DNA of 62,741 nt, filler included, from Klebsormidium nitens (taxonomy: Eukaryota > Plantae > Klebsormidiophyceae): assembly GCA_000708835.1 (NCBI GenBank). It is 6 parts of 6 records of this genome, joined end to end, with 100 filler letters (N's around TTAATTAATTAA, not from the genome) between each part and the next. Parts side by side here need not be neighbours in the genome. Positions count along the whole stretch, not along the records: positions 6,124 to 16,119 come from DF238177.1; positions 16,220 to 37,805 come from DF237906.1; 4 more parts are not named here. One strand, written 5' to 3'. The notes beneath the pieces were generated by a model. That model made no database searches, was not told the DNA's origin, and saw only the letters and a list, made by a program, of their open reading frames with translations. The position numbers and the translations under genes are program-made. This document shows positions 9,401 through 20,999 of the stretch, one piece after another (the first letter of the stretch is position 1; the number at the start of each line of letters is the position of its first letter).

Positions 9401-12400
9401 TGGCAGCTAAGCCTGGGAGCTACTGGCGAGCGCGCTGCCGGCACACCATCCCTGCCCCGCACGAGCTTGCCAGTGGGGTTGAAGCGGTGATGAAGAAGTA
9501 TGAGCGAGGAGTGTGCGCCATCAACGGTGATCCCCTCATCACCGATGAAGTCCAGCGCGTGCACAACCTGCAGCTGCAGCTCATGCAGGAGGGCTTGCTT
9601 AGTGGTAAGCTTTTCAAAGTGCCCTAAGGACTCTGTCTGTTCGACTTTGTGCTCGGAACCTGATTGCGTTTCTAGCTGCCTGACTGTGTTTTAGCTAAAA
9701 GCTTGTAGCTCGTGCTTGTTCAACTTCAGTGGGTGACTCAGTTGCGGAGTGACGCTGAGGTTCGTTCTGTTGCCGCCAGAGGGCACATGTCCGCTCTTCG
9801 TATTGACGCCGGAGTAACGATTAAGCAAGCTTGCAACGCTCATGTAATGCTACAGTTGGAAAACTTAAAAGGACATGCATATCTTACAATCTTTTCGCCA
9901 CTTGCAGATCCGCTCAACGTGGACGAGATGTACATCCGGATCAACGCCCCCGGCTGTATGCCCCGCTACATCGGTGTGCGGGGCTGCTCCTCGCTAGAGG
10001 GCTATCACCGACACCTGAACGCGCTGCTGGACGGGGAAAACTACTCCCCGGAGCTTGCGGGGGCTCTTATTGCCTTGTTCAATTACCGCTGGAATTACGA
10101 GTGCGCCGTCCGCAGCAAGGGGGCAAGAGACTGGGGAATGTTCGACCACTGGCTGCTGGAGGAGATGCAGGACACGTGCGCAGCGATGGGGTGGCCAAAC
10201 CCCTGTCCTGAGTGGCGGCGCGCTCCGGCTACTCAGGAGCGCTTCGGCGTCCATGCGGCCCCCGCCGTGCTGAGGACAGGGGTGTCGCAGCGCGATGAGG
10301 AGGACGAAGCCGGTTTCCTCGATCAGGAGGCTGTGTTCGTCGAGAATCTTCTCAACGAGCAAGAATCAAAAAGCAAGCAGGCTGCTAGTGAGCTGCCCAC
10401 CATTCAATCAACCTTCTGAGAGCGGAAAGAGGAGGCTCGAGAGGAGAGTTGTTACTTCTTTTTGATGGGGAAGAGCTGGTATGGTCCTTGCTTGATCATC
10501 AAGTATCTCTAGGGCGAAGTGATAATCCAGAAAAGAGGTTTGGGCTTTGAACGGGGTGCTCATTTTCTGTTCACAGTGTCCATACTGTGATAGCAGGCTG
10601 CTCTACCAAAGTTGATATCACGTTGATAAGCAGCTTAGCATATGTAAACCCAAAAGATCTTGGTATAATTGCCTCAGAATGTAGTGTGTTGTACAATCAT
10701 CTGCATCATTGCTTACGACTGAGTGTAAAATTGACCAGGACGGAATACTGTCATTTGCAGGCTCGGTTCTCTCTTCGCCCACTTCCCCTCAGGACGGACA
10801 GCCTGCGCTTGTGCCTGATGCGCAGCAGGGGGGCCAGTCCGTACCTTCGCTCCCCCCCCAGCACGACGGACAACCTGCACTCGTGCGCCCCGCATACCAG
10901 GACGGGCTGCCTGCAGTTGAGTTGCCCCCCCGCCAGGATGGACGGCCTACGCTCGCGCGCGGTGCCGTGCAGCAAGAGGGGCAGCGCCTGCGTTCGCCCC
11001 CCCCGCGCGAGGACGGACGGCCTGCGTTCGTGCGTGCCGCACAGCAGGACGGGCTGCCAGGGGGGCAGTCCGCCCCTCTCTCCGAACCCTTCGACAACAG
11101 GGCGCCTCCGAACCTGCGCGCCACGCCGCAGCCAGGGGGGAAGTCCGCCCCTCTCTTCGAACCCCCCCCCAACAGGGCGCCTCCGAACGTCCGCGCCGCG
11201 CCGCAGCCAGGGGGGCAGCCGGCCTCTTCCTTTCCTCCCCCGCCGAACGGGCAGCCTCCCAACTTCAGCGCCGCGTCGAAGCCGGGGGGCCAGCCTGCCT
11301 CTCACATCGCCCCCCCTCAAAACGGGCAGCCTCCCTGCGTCCGTGCCGCGCCACAGCCGGGGATTCAGCCGGCCTCTTTCTCCCCCCCCCCGCGAACGGG
11401 CAGCCTTCCCACGTCAGTGCCTCGCCACAGCAGGGGGGTCAGCCCGCTCCTCGCCCCCCCCACACTCCAAACATTTGGCCTCCAGTTGCACCGGCTGCAG
11501 CGCCATGGGGAGGGCTTCCCAATCAGTTCCCCCCCTCCTCCTCGGGCGCACCACCTCCAATCGAGCCCGCTGCTCGGCAACCACTTGGGGAACACCTTGG
11601 AGGAAGTGCGCCACCGCTTTGGGGCCAGCCTGTGGCCACTCCTCACTTACACGGCCCACTTCCCAAGGTCGTGTACGGCTCATCGCAACTAGGAGGAGAG
11701 TCAGTTGCCGCTCGGGGACTCCGCCATGAGAAGCTTGGTAAGACATTGTTCTTTCAAGTTTTCTTGTGCGGCTGCAAGAGGTTCTAGATAGCTCCATATA
11801 TTACAAATTCTACTCGAATTGAAGGCTGATGCGCACAAACTGTAGGTGCTGGAACATTGGATTCGTGTCGGCAACCATGTTAGTGTGGGCTTTCCTGTTC
11901 CTTTCGAAGGTTGCATATGAACCACGTTTTGCAATCTGCAGCGTCAAAGAGAAGGCGGGTCGACCGAGGAGAGTCTGCCCCGTTTGGCCCTACATCAGGT
12001 GAGATCTTGACTGTCGTCAACTTATACAAGTCGATTTTTGACTTTGTTCAAATCATCGCAAGTACGTTTGACTTCGTCAAGGCTCGAATTGTTGCACAGG
12101 AAACTGGTCAAAGCACTTGACTGAACAAGTAAGTATCCTTGTTTGTGTAAGTCATTGAAGATTGAAGCACTTGCATGGATCTCCGACAAGTGGAAATGCA
12201 GATTTGTGTATCTGAAGCTCAATTGACAATACGACTTACGCTTTTCTCAGGTCCAGCGGACTTCTGTGGATCTTTCTATGCCCCCGGAGGAGGGACGCAG
12301 CCGGGCTCTTCATCAGGTGATTAAGAAGCTTTTGGTTCTTAGAGTCTGATTGAATTTAGATTCTTCATTGCCTCGGATTCTTCATTGCTCCGTGTGGCCT

Positions 12401-13381
12401 TCGATCATAATCCATTTTTGAAGACTGAAGGACCTCTACGAGTTTGGTTTGTACACCTGGCAGTAACACTTGACTCTTGGCAGTATCTATTTGAGAAGCA
12501 ATTGTCGAGCTTGTGTTTGAAAGACTGATTGGTGTACCTTGAAAAGCACTTGTCGGAAGTTTGTCGAGGGTTTGTCGAGCTTGTATCTGAAACACTGATT
12601 GCAATACTTGAAGCTGGAAATTTTTTGATATCGTTTATGTTTCCGTTCAGAGACGGGAGAACTCACCGGGCAGTCTGGTGAGAACGTGCATCAACGGTCT
12701 TCGAACCAGGCTGTTCAAGAGGTGAAAAGACACGGGCGACTTCCATTCATCAAAAAGCGGGGCGTGAGACGGCCAGCGCTTCGCGAATTGACTCGTCCGG
12801 TCTCGACCCCTGCGGAGATCCGGCTGTTTTCCGAGCTCTATTCCAGGCACTCTGCCAAATCGTCTACGAACTGGGTCAATATGTGTCACGAGTGGAATCA
12901 AAGGGCAGCTTTGACGGTCTCTCAGATCTCTGGGGCGGACAACGCGATCCATCAGAAAAGCATCTCTCATCTGAAGCAGTACGAGAAGGGCCTCGTCAAA
13001 GAGTTTATCCGGAAAGACCCACTCAACGCTCTTCTCGCTCACAATTCCCTCTCTTTGCAGCATCCAAATGCTGCACCTTCGACCACCATGTACCCGTTCG
13101 CTACTGGTGGCGTTCATTTTCATCCCTCCACTCCACTCTATAACCCCTTTTTCGCACCCACTGCATACTCACCTTTTGCAGCCGTGCCCATGGGGGCCGG
13201 TAGTGCACACCCCTCCTTCCACCCATCGTTCACTATCACAGCGTCACAGGTTCCCAGTGGTCAGTCGCTCTCTTCTCGACCGATCAAGAATAATAGGGGC
13301 GGCAAGGGTGTCAAGAAGCGTTGTAGAAAGCAACCTGGTTGCGGCCAGCTCATAGGACAGTGTAGATGTCCAAAATCTTGA
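6462..13381 (+). CDS. Spliced DDE transposase-like protein (DUF6729-type, DxxH motif), about 1320 aa, 10 exons
   Basis: Phase-compatible GT-AG exons: 6462-6975, 7287-7691, 8202-8473, 8792-8939, 9281-9604, 9908-10387, 10761-11737, 11942-11998, 12251-12316, 12651-13381. Motifs are CPKC, FRSHDEGVL, GDHTF, WVDN, EDATHVMRR and RGCSSLEGYHRHLN. It needs one extra C in the C10 run at 11382-11391. Confidence 0.75.
10780..11460 (+). repeat. Imperfect coding tandem repeats (QDGQP/NGQPP...AAPQPGGQPA) in exon 7 of the transposase-like gene
   Basis: Recurrent aacgggcagcctccc and cgccgcagccagggggg units at about 60-bp spacing. Confidence 0.75.
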
Positions 13382-13816
13382 ATTGTATTTATGTACCATA
13401 AACAAGATATTCATAGCAAGGCCAAGTGGTTTGACATAGTATAGCACGTAGCATGGTTTTTGTTGTAAATGTGATTGTAGAGCTTAAACTTCGATAGCCG
13501 TTATGAAGGATTGACTAGGAGGTGACTAGATTTCAACCCCATTTCAATAAAGAATCCCTGTTAAGAAAAATCAAATATTGCGTAATTGCGCTTGCCTAGC
13601 TTTACATATATTACATTGTTATATTTGCAAGCACCATGGTTTAACATTTCAGATACAGGAATGAATAAACAAACGGCCCCCTAAGTGTGTCCAAGCAATA
13701 CGTATGTTTAATAATATAGCATGCATACTTTATGCATGGCCCGGGCAGTGCAATCGACTGCTCATTGCATGGTTTTGCGTTAGCGCGGCGCGCCAGCGGT
13801 CGGGCGGCCGGGGATT

Positions 13817-13952
13817 GCTACTAGTAGCGTGCTCGGCGCGCGTACACGCGCGCGCGCTGAATTCTGAATTACAAGGCCATTTTCGGGGGTCGTTCCGACC
13901 CCCCAGGCCCCGGGGCTTCGCCCCGCAGGACCCCGTGGGGCCGCCTTCGGCG
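13817..13952. repeat. GC-rich palindrome/hairpin cluster
   Basis: GCTACTAGTAGC (13817-13828), GCGCGCGT-AC-ACGCGCGC (13836-13853), GGGGGTCG-TTC-CGACCCCC (13885-13903), CGGGGC-TTC-GCCCCG (13911-13925), CGCC-TTC-GGCG (13942-13952). Confidence 0.8.
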
Positions 13953-14279
13953 ACCCCGACCCCCCATTTTCGCTCAAAAAAACGCCCCGACCTGTACAAT
14001 ATTTTTTGACCCAGGCAGCACCGTGACTGCCCGGCCGGCGAGCTTGGCGCGAACAGGCAGCTCCGAGTCGGAATTCAAGTGCAGAACGATTCATCCTTCA
14101 GATTCAAATTCAAACTTGCTAGGTCTGGCCTTTGAAAGTCGGAGACATAGTGATACAGCTGGCAAGCGAGCTCATTTGGCTTGTACTATCATTGAAATCT
14201 GAAGGCTCAGTGAGTCAGGGACGTAAGCTTTGAAACCTGCACTTTGTGCATCGCTGATCGATGCAGGCTGCCAGATACA

Positions 14280-15575
14280 ATGGCTCCCTTATGGCAGGAG
14301 CTGCCGTTCTTCAGCGTGCTTGTCAGTCTTATGAGCACAATTGCAGCACGCACGCTGGGCCAGCCTCTCCCCTTTGCACGCCGGTCGCATCAGATGGATA
14401 CTGAGGACGATGATAGAGTTTACCTCATTGTTGGATTGTCCTCTTTGGACATTTCGGAGGATCTCCTTCCAATTGAGAAGGATATGACTGGCAAATTCTA
14501 CATCAAGCCTTGCAGCCTGGCCTGGTGGAACTCCTTCTATCAGGATGTTGCGTCAGATGAAGCCAGATGGCATAAGTTGCTAAGGGTGAGCAGAGGAACT
14601 TTCCAAGAGCTAGAAGAGGAACTCAAAGAAGCTCTGGAAACTAACGTTCCCAAGTTTAGCTTCTCGAAGATCCCCAATCGAATCTTGACAGTAGACCGCC
14701 AGCTTGCTATGACTCTCCATCGCTTAGCAACGGGCAATTCTGCATTTACCATCAGTGAGCTCTTTGGTGTAAGCGAGCCTACGCTCTATCTCACAGTTAG
14801 GAAGGTCTGCAGTTCCATTTGGTACAAGCTCAAGCCTCAGCACGTCTTCCTGCCATCAACTCCAGCAGGCATGCAGAAGGTCATAGATGGGTTTGAGGAG
14901 AAAAGGGGGCTGCCAAACTGCTGTGGGGCAATTGATTGCACCCACTTCGTCCTTGAGCTGCCAAACAAGGAGACATCCACATGCTGGTTCGATCGAGACC
15001 ACAACTACAGTATGATCATGCAAGGGCTGGTGGATGCAGACGGAAAGTTTTTAGACGTTTGCATTGGCTGGCCTGGAAGCACAAATGACTCAAGGGTCCT
15101 CAGGAATTCGGAGTTATGCCACAAGATCATCAATCAAGAGTGGCTACAGGGCCCCACTAAAAGGCTACGGGGGTGTGATGTTGGCCAGTACATTGTCGGA
15201 GACTCCGGCTTTCCAGCTTACAGCTGGCTAGTTGTTCCATATCCAGGGGACCATCTTCCTGAAGTCCGCGACCGCTTCAACTACTTCCACTCATCCACGA
15301 GAATTATTGTCGAATGCGCCTTTGGAAGGTTGAAGGGCATTTGGAGGATCCTGTTGCGGAGGATCTACAAGCCAGACATCAAGTTCCTCCCCATTACCAT
15401 TGGGGCCTGCGTTGTGCTGCACAACATGATGCTGCAAAACGGGGACTACGTCAACGAGCGGTTGATCCCTTTGCCTGACGAGCCGGAGCCGGCGGGACCA
15501 AACGGAGGGCGCGGAAACCAAGATGCGGCGAGCGTGAGAGATGCTTTAGCAGAGTATCTCTTTTGGAATTGCTGA
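14280..15575 (+). CDS. PIF/Harbinger DDE nuclease (HARBI1-like) #1
   Basis: GAIDCTH, IVGDSGF, RIIVECAFGRLKGIWRIL and ACVVLHN. Intronless. Likely ATG at 14280. Confidence 0.93.
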   Translation: MAPLWQELPFFSVLVSLMSTIAARTLGQPLPFARRSHQMDTEDDDRVYLIVGLSSLDISEDLLPIEKDMTGKFYIKPCSLAWWNSFYQDVASDEARWHKLLRVSRGTFQELEEELKEALETNVPKFSFSKIPNRILTVDRQLAMTLHRLATGNSAFTISELFGVSEPTLYLTVRKVCSSIWYKLKPQHVFLPSTPAGMQKVIDGFEEKRGLPNCCGAIDCTHFVLELPNKETSTCWFDRDHNYSMIMQGLVDADGKFLDVCIGWPGSTNDSRVLRNSELCHKIINQEWLQGPTKRLRGCDVGQYIVGDSGFPAYSWLVVPYPGDHLPEVRDRFNYFHSSTRIIVECAFGRLKGIWRILLRRIYKPDIKFLPITIGACVVLHNMMLQNGDYVNERLIPLPDEPEPAGPNGGRGNQDAASVRDALAEYLFWNC

Positions 15576-16861
15576 TCTAAGGACACAGCAATCTTCCATC
15601 AAAACTGGTGTTTTATAACACCACCTTCAAAGGAACATTTTTCAACTCAATTGGAAAAGCCTCCTAGATCTTGCAAACCACAATTTGTAGCTGGCACTTT
15701 CAGGATACTGCCCATCATGCAATGTTTGACCGCATTAGGGATCATTAGGGATCCTCAGAGAAACCATTTTTAGAAGCCTTGTTTCCGTACAGTTTCTCAG
15801 AAGACAAATCGAGTCCGCAGGTGTCTCTGCAAAGCTGACGATTCGCCCAGCCAGAATGATCCGAATTGTCAAGTATTGCCATCTTCGAAGGGATGCCTTC
15901 TACTTCGTATTCTTATTCAGCTTTTAAGAGTTCGAGACTGAAGGTTCTTTTGCTAGCAAACCAAAAGTACAGCTCAAAACAGCTAATTCTCTTTACACAT
16001 GACTATTTTGCATGAGATTTCAACAAAGCAGGGCCTGCAAGGTTAGTTACTCCAAGGAATCGACGAGGTAATCTACCTCAGGCTAGCTAAGGGGGCTTTC
16101 ATGATACCGGCGGGCTTCCNNNNNNNNNNNNNNNNNNNNNNNNNNNNNNNNNNNNNNNNNNNNTTAATTAATTAANNNNNNNNNNNNNNNNNNNNNNNNN
16201 NNNNNNNNNNNNNNNNNNNCCTTCGCCAGGAACCTTTCCCGATCTCGGGACCGACGACACCTGTAGTATGATTCCGGAGTCCCCCTGTCGCGGACAAAGA
16301 ATCTAGGCCCTTCGATTTGCATAAAAGTTGCATCGAACGGCGCTGATCGTACAACTTTCACCGGGCGGCCGCGTGAAATTCGCAGATATTGTAAGAGGGG
16401 TTACAGAATAGGTGAGAACTCAACCCCCGGCGGTTGTTTCCTCAGATCCGGAATGTCCTGAGATCCGGAACCTGAGATCAAGTTCTGTACGCTATTCTCC
16501 ACACCCGCCCTCCCGAGCCCCTTCCGACCGTGACTTCCGAGCTAGCGGCCTCGCCGGCTTTGTCGCGCTATGAAGCTACTCACATAGTAATATGGAAAAT
16601 CGATAATACCGAGACGAAAGATTTCTGATCGGAGTGATATGATAGAACGGCCATACCATGTGACTGCTAATAGTACTTGCACAAATGGTAATATGCGGTT
16701 TCTTTTACAATATTGGCGAGACTGGCCGCGCCCGCCATTTTGGCGTCACACCGTGACGTTCCAGTTGGCGCGACGTACCTTGCGTTTGCAAGCTTTGGCC
16801 CGAACTTGAAGCGGCGAAGGGCTTCCCTTTCCATCGCCGCAACCTTCAAGTTTCCTACACG

Positions 16862-18425
16862 GTGCTGCTTCACAGCCTCCTGTTTCCCATTCAGGAGCAG
16901 TCCTCCAGAGCAGTGGGTGTGTTAGACGAAACGACCAGTATGCTTTTGGGCAGCCGCTTGTCGGGGCTCGTGCCCCGCCTCCGAGCAGCGAAGAGGGGTG
17001 TGACCTGCCACCCCTTGAGCAGCGTGCTCGTCGGTTCCCAGCTGGGGAGCAGCCGAAGCAGTGCAGGGCTCGTGGTGCCGGATTGCAGCGGGATCATTGA
17101 GCCAGCATTCCGCTGGCCAGGGAGAGCTGGGCCAACCCCATCTGACAGGTATGCTGTTATTCATGCAGACTGAAGGCAGCTGTTGTGGAAGCAGCTGTTG
17201 CAACCTGGGTCACTCCTAAATTTCATGTGACAAGCATGTGGCGACAGCATATTTGCAGAGCCTTGAGTACTGAATCCTGAAAAACAGCATGAGCATGAGC
17301 ATGCCTTGTGTGGTTTCGACTGGTGGCTACGATTCGCTGTTGTCATGCTTTGCCTTATTGCTGCATTGTTTGCAGGTCTTTGGGGGAGGCAGACATGGCG
17401 CGTCAAGAGTCCGAATCAATCAGGGGCGAATTTCGTGGGTATTCGGCCGAGGTACGAAGTTAAGGGAAAGGCTTTTGTATTTGCTACTGGCTCAGGCGGT
17501 AGCCATGTCAGTGCTCTTTAGACCACACCAGTTGACAGGTTGCTATGGTTGCTGTGTCTTTTTTATTGACGTTGACTATCCTGCCTCTAAAGACACCCAC
17601 TGCCGTCGGCAAAAAGCATGTTTCTCTTGCAGGAGCGATGCAATTATCCCACCGGAGTCTCTTAGGTCACCTTCTGGTTGAAGCCCGAGGTGCCGTTTGC
17701 AAAGTTGGTGTGCCTGGACGCTGCTTTGCAGGGCTTCAACCAGTTCCAGGGCTACAGGCTGAAGGGGTACATCTTCTACCCCGACGTCCGCCTCGTGAGT
17801 GCCTAGACGGCTTTTCAGGCTCATTGATGTATAGGCAGAACCTATTTGCAAGCAGAATTGGCTCTGCAGGTAGTTGTCTTTTTGGTGTTATATACAAGCG
17901 GCGCTTTTCAGATCCTGTAGTAGGGGGTCTGTCGAGATGAAGGCTTTCTCTGCTTGTTGTGTCTCCAACTGTCCTACTGTGGCACGAGTACGTATGTTCT
18001 GACCACTCTGTCTACCTGCAGATGGCAGAGGGGAGCGGTGAGAGCTTCAATGAGCCATGGCCTGTTTTTGCCAAGGCTCTCTCGAAGCACCCGCTTGCCA
18101 AAGTGGATGTTATTGTGGAAGAGAAGGTACGTAGCTTCGAACCGAACTGGGCAGGGACAACCCTAGTCTGGCTTGTTTTGCAGCCTGCTTCAGTCGCTTG
18201 TTGCATGCTCCTGCTCATCAAGGCACGACCAAAACATGCTCACATTGAGCAATTTTCTTTTCTCAGGACGATGCTGAGACGCTTACAAAAGCGCTTGAGC
18301 CTCTTGTGAGACGGATTAGCACCTTTGACAGGACCGGCTCACGGCCAGAGTGGATCGACCCCGCTGTCGAGATGAGCAGAATGCGAAAGAAGCTGCATAG
18401 GCAGAGATTAGACAGCGGAGGCTAA
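16862..18425 (+). pseudogene. Multi-exon hypothetical gene with an in-frame TAG
   Basis: Phase-compatible GT-AG exons give ...SDRSLGEADMARQESESIRGEFRGYSAE|ERCNYPTGVS*VTFWLKPE|GFNQFQGYRLKGYIFYPDVRL|MAEGSGESF...VIVEEK|DDAETL...RLDSGG*. The TAG is at 17663-17665 and the 5' end is unclear. Confidence 0.5.
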
Positions 18426-20059
18426 GAGGTTTCTGCTGAGCTTGCGAGCTGTGCGAGCTGTGCAGGCGACTCTGCGCTTTGCGCCATCTGAAGCTAGTCC
18501 CTCACTCAGCCGACTTCAATCCGTCTGAAACAATGAAGTATCGTGATTGACACTCTGGTCGATCTAGATTCTTCTTTCGTTGCGTGACAGGAACAGTTCG
18601 AGCTTGTTCTTCCTCATTTTCTAGGGCAACGCCTGCTCGATTTCACTTTTTCAGAGTGCCTCATGAAGAGGTGCTTCTGTGAAATATGATCGTAATTTTA
18701 AGTTTGTTGAGGGCCGATGTCACTGTGCGCATATCTCTAAGATAGAGAAGCAGAGATTTCGAGTGGACTTGAAAGATGTCCAATTATTTGAAGCGTCCTC
18801 GTCGACGATCTGGCAACCCACCATGTGTGCATCTACCGGTATAAGCATGTCGTACATATATCAAGACCGCTCTATTCTGGATGTGCCACTGCATGGACCG
18901 GGTACAGTGCCAGGACTCTGGCAGTCGTATTAAGCATGGCACATCAATGTCTAATGGGACTTATATACAGCATCATTGTCATGCTCAACGTACGTACCGT
19001 CAACTTAGATTGCTCTTCTAATGCATGGGCAGGCCTATCATGTGCATTGCATAACCGCTAGCTTGCACTATAAAATTTTGCAGCTCTTCACCAAACAATG
19101 GCATGATAGATAAGTATAGAGAAGGCGTTAAGGCTTCGCATTCATCGGATGCATTAAATGAAGCCGGACTACACAGCTCTGGTTTCCAATTTTCCATAAC
19201 TTGATCCCCTGTGGAGCCTGCCCCATTTTGGGCGGTACTCTGATGTACGACTACTTACGAGTAACGGCAGTGACCGCGCATCTATTTGAACAACCTTCTG
19301 TGTTTTGACACCTGGCCGAGCAAGCATTGTATTCACCTGTGACTGAGCGTCAGAACTGCATGCACAAACATCAATTCTCGGTGGTCCCTGCATCCGAGCA
19401 CCTCTCTAATGTTTGCGGGCCTTTCATCGCAAATTTGACTCTCTAATTTGTGACTCTCATGAGTAACCAAAGAGCTTGAAACTTCCGCAGCAAAGTCGAA
19501 TTGCTGTCCATTCTGCTCAAGAAGCTCTCGATCGTCTCATACCTTCCCGCGTACGATCTCTCTACTCTCGTATTGTCTCCCGTTAAGCTGCGCAGCGCTT
19601 GGCTCCTGCTCGCCTGGGTGCAGCGTCAGGTTGTCCCGGCACCAGACCACATGGCAGCAGAGGCCACGTGTCCTTAGCCAGCGGCGCAGCTCCGAGTCGG
19701 ACAGAGCCTGCGAAATAGAGTGTAGTTGGTGTGGAACATCCCCTCTCAGATTTCAAGGGCAACAAGGAGCTTATCTGATGTAGTGACGTCGGAAAAGGAT
19801 GCGTTTGGATCTTCAGAGCACCAAGATTGCCTTGCAGAGCAAGGTTTCCGCCAACGCTGTCCGACGTGCTTGCAGCTTTTGACTCCAATTTGGGCAGCGA
19901 GTCACGTATTGGGCAAAATACGAGTGCAAAGCAGGGGAGAAACTGATTCCAACCCCCTAAAAACCACCCGGATCGGTGCAAAAGCCCGACCTTCTATTTA
20001 CAACCCCACATCTGAAAGTTCAAGAATTTATGCACCCATCCTCCTCCGTGTTCGAGCAT

Positions 20060-20945
20060 AACGCTGAGGTTTCACCTTCTGCTTGCCCTTCTTCTTCTCG
20101 GGCTCCTTCGTCTTTACAAACGGGAAAAAGAAAGTTCGAATTACATTTCTTACAAACCACAAAATTAGGCAAAACACATTAGAGCACATCACTCCAGCCT
20201 CATCTTCTGCTTGCCCTTCTCCTTCTCCGGCTCCTTTGCGTTGACGAACGGGATAAAGTTCAGCCCCACCCAATTTCGGAAGATTGAGAAAAACCATCCA
20301 AACAAACTGCAAAGAACTTGTACCGAAAGAGCACATTGCTTCAGCCTTGCCTTCTGCTCGCCCTCCTTTTCTGGCTCCTTGGTCTTGACGAACGGGATGA
20401 AATCATGAGGTCTCGGATGGAAAGTAAGGCATGACAAAGCACGAAAGTCGAAAGCGAGGCACAGGTGATACCTTCTGCTTGCCCCTTCTCCTTCTCCGGC
20501 ACCTACTTTTGAACAAACCGGATTGAATTGAACCCCACCAGCGAGACGAAACTTCGAATTATACGTCCTACAAACCGCAAAATAAGACAAAAAAACTTAT
20601 TCAAAATATCGCTCCAGCGTCACCTTCTGCTTGCGCTTCTCCTTCTCGGCCTCCTTTCCCTTGTAGATCGGAACGAAGTTTAGGAGCCTCAAATGGACAA
20701 TAAGGCATGACAAAGCACCGAAACCAGAGAGTGAGGCACAGCTTCTGCCTTCTGCTTGCCCTTCTCCTTCTCCGGCTCCTTCTTGACGAACGGGATGAGA
20801 TCGAGCCCCCACTAAATTTGAGATTTTGATCTTAAACGTCCCCACAAAACGCAAACTCACGCAGAAAAAACTTTTAGAGCACTCGCTCCAGCCTCACCTT
20901 CTGCTTGCCCTTCATCTCCAGCTCCTTCTTCTTGCCGAACGGGAT
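20060..20945 (-). repeat. Seven degenerate tandem copies of the SerRS last-exon end (FIPFVKxKEPEKEKGKQK + GTGAGG donor-like site)
   Basis: The unit caccttctgcttgcccttctccttctccggctcctt...acgaacgggat recurs about every 135 bp with two alternating spacer types. Confidence 0.85.
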
Positions 20946-20999
20946 GAAGGTCCAGCACCACCAGCGGTTGCAGACACGCGGGGACCTTGACGCCGTCTG

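Noticed and set aside
10587-11729. 380-aa Arg/Ser/Pro-rich ORF and antisense ORFs over the same GC-rich repeat
   Set aside because: Shadow frames of exon 7. The same applies to most short antisense ORFs in the track.
12100-12128. Possible 29-nt micro-exon in the transposase-like gene
   Set aside because: Including it breaks the phase with the final exon, whereas skipping it gives a consistent frame.
16646-16660. ACGGCCATACCA resembling a 5S rRNA 5' end
   Set aside because: The match stops after 12 nt, with no internal control region or 5S fold.
20060-20945. CRISPR-like repeat-spacer appearance
   Set aside because: The repeats are ~60-bp degenerate copies of a SerRS exon, the spacers are related to each other, there are no cas genes, and the context is eukaryotic.
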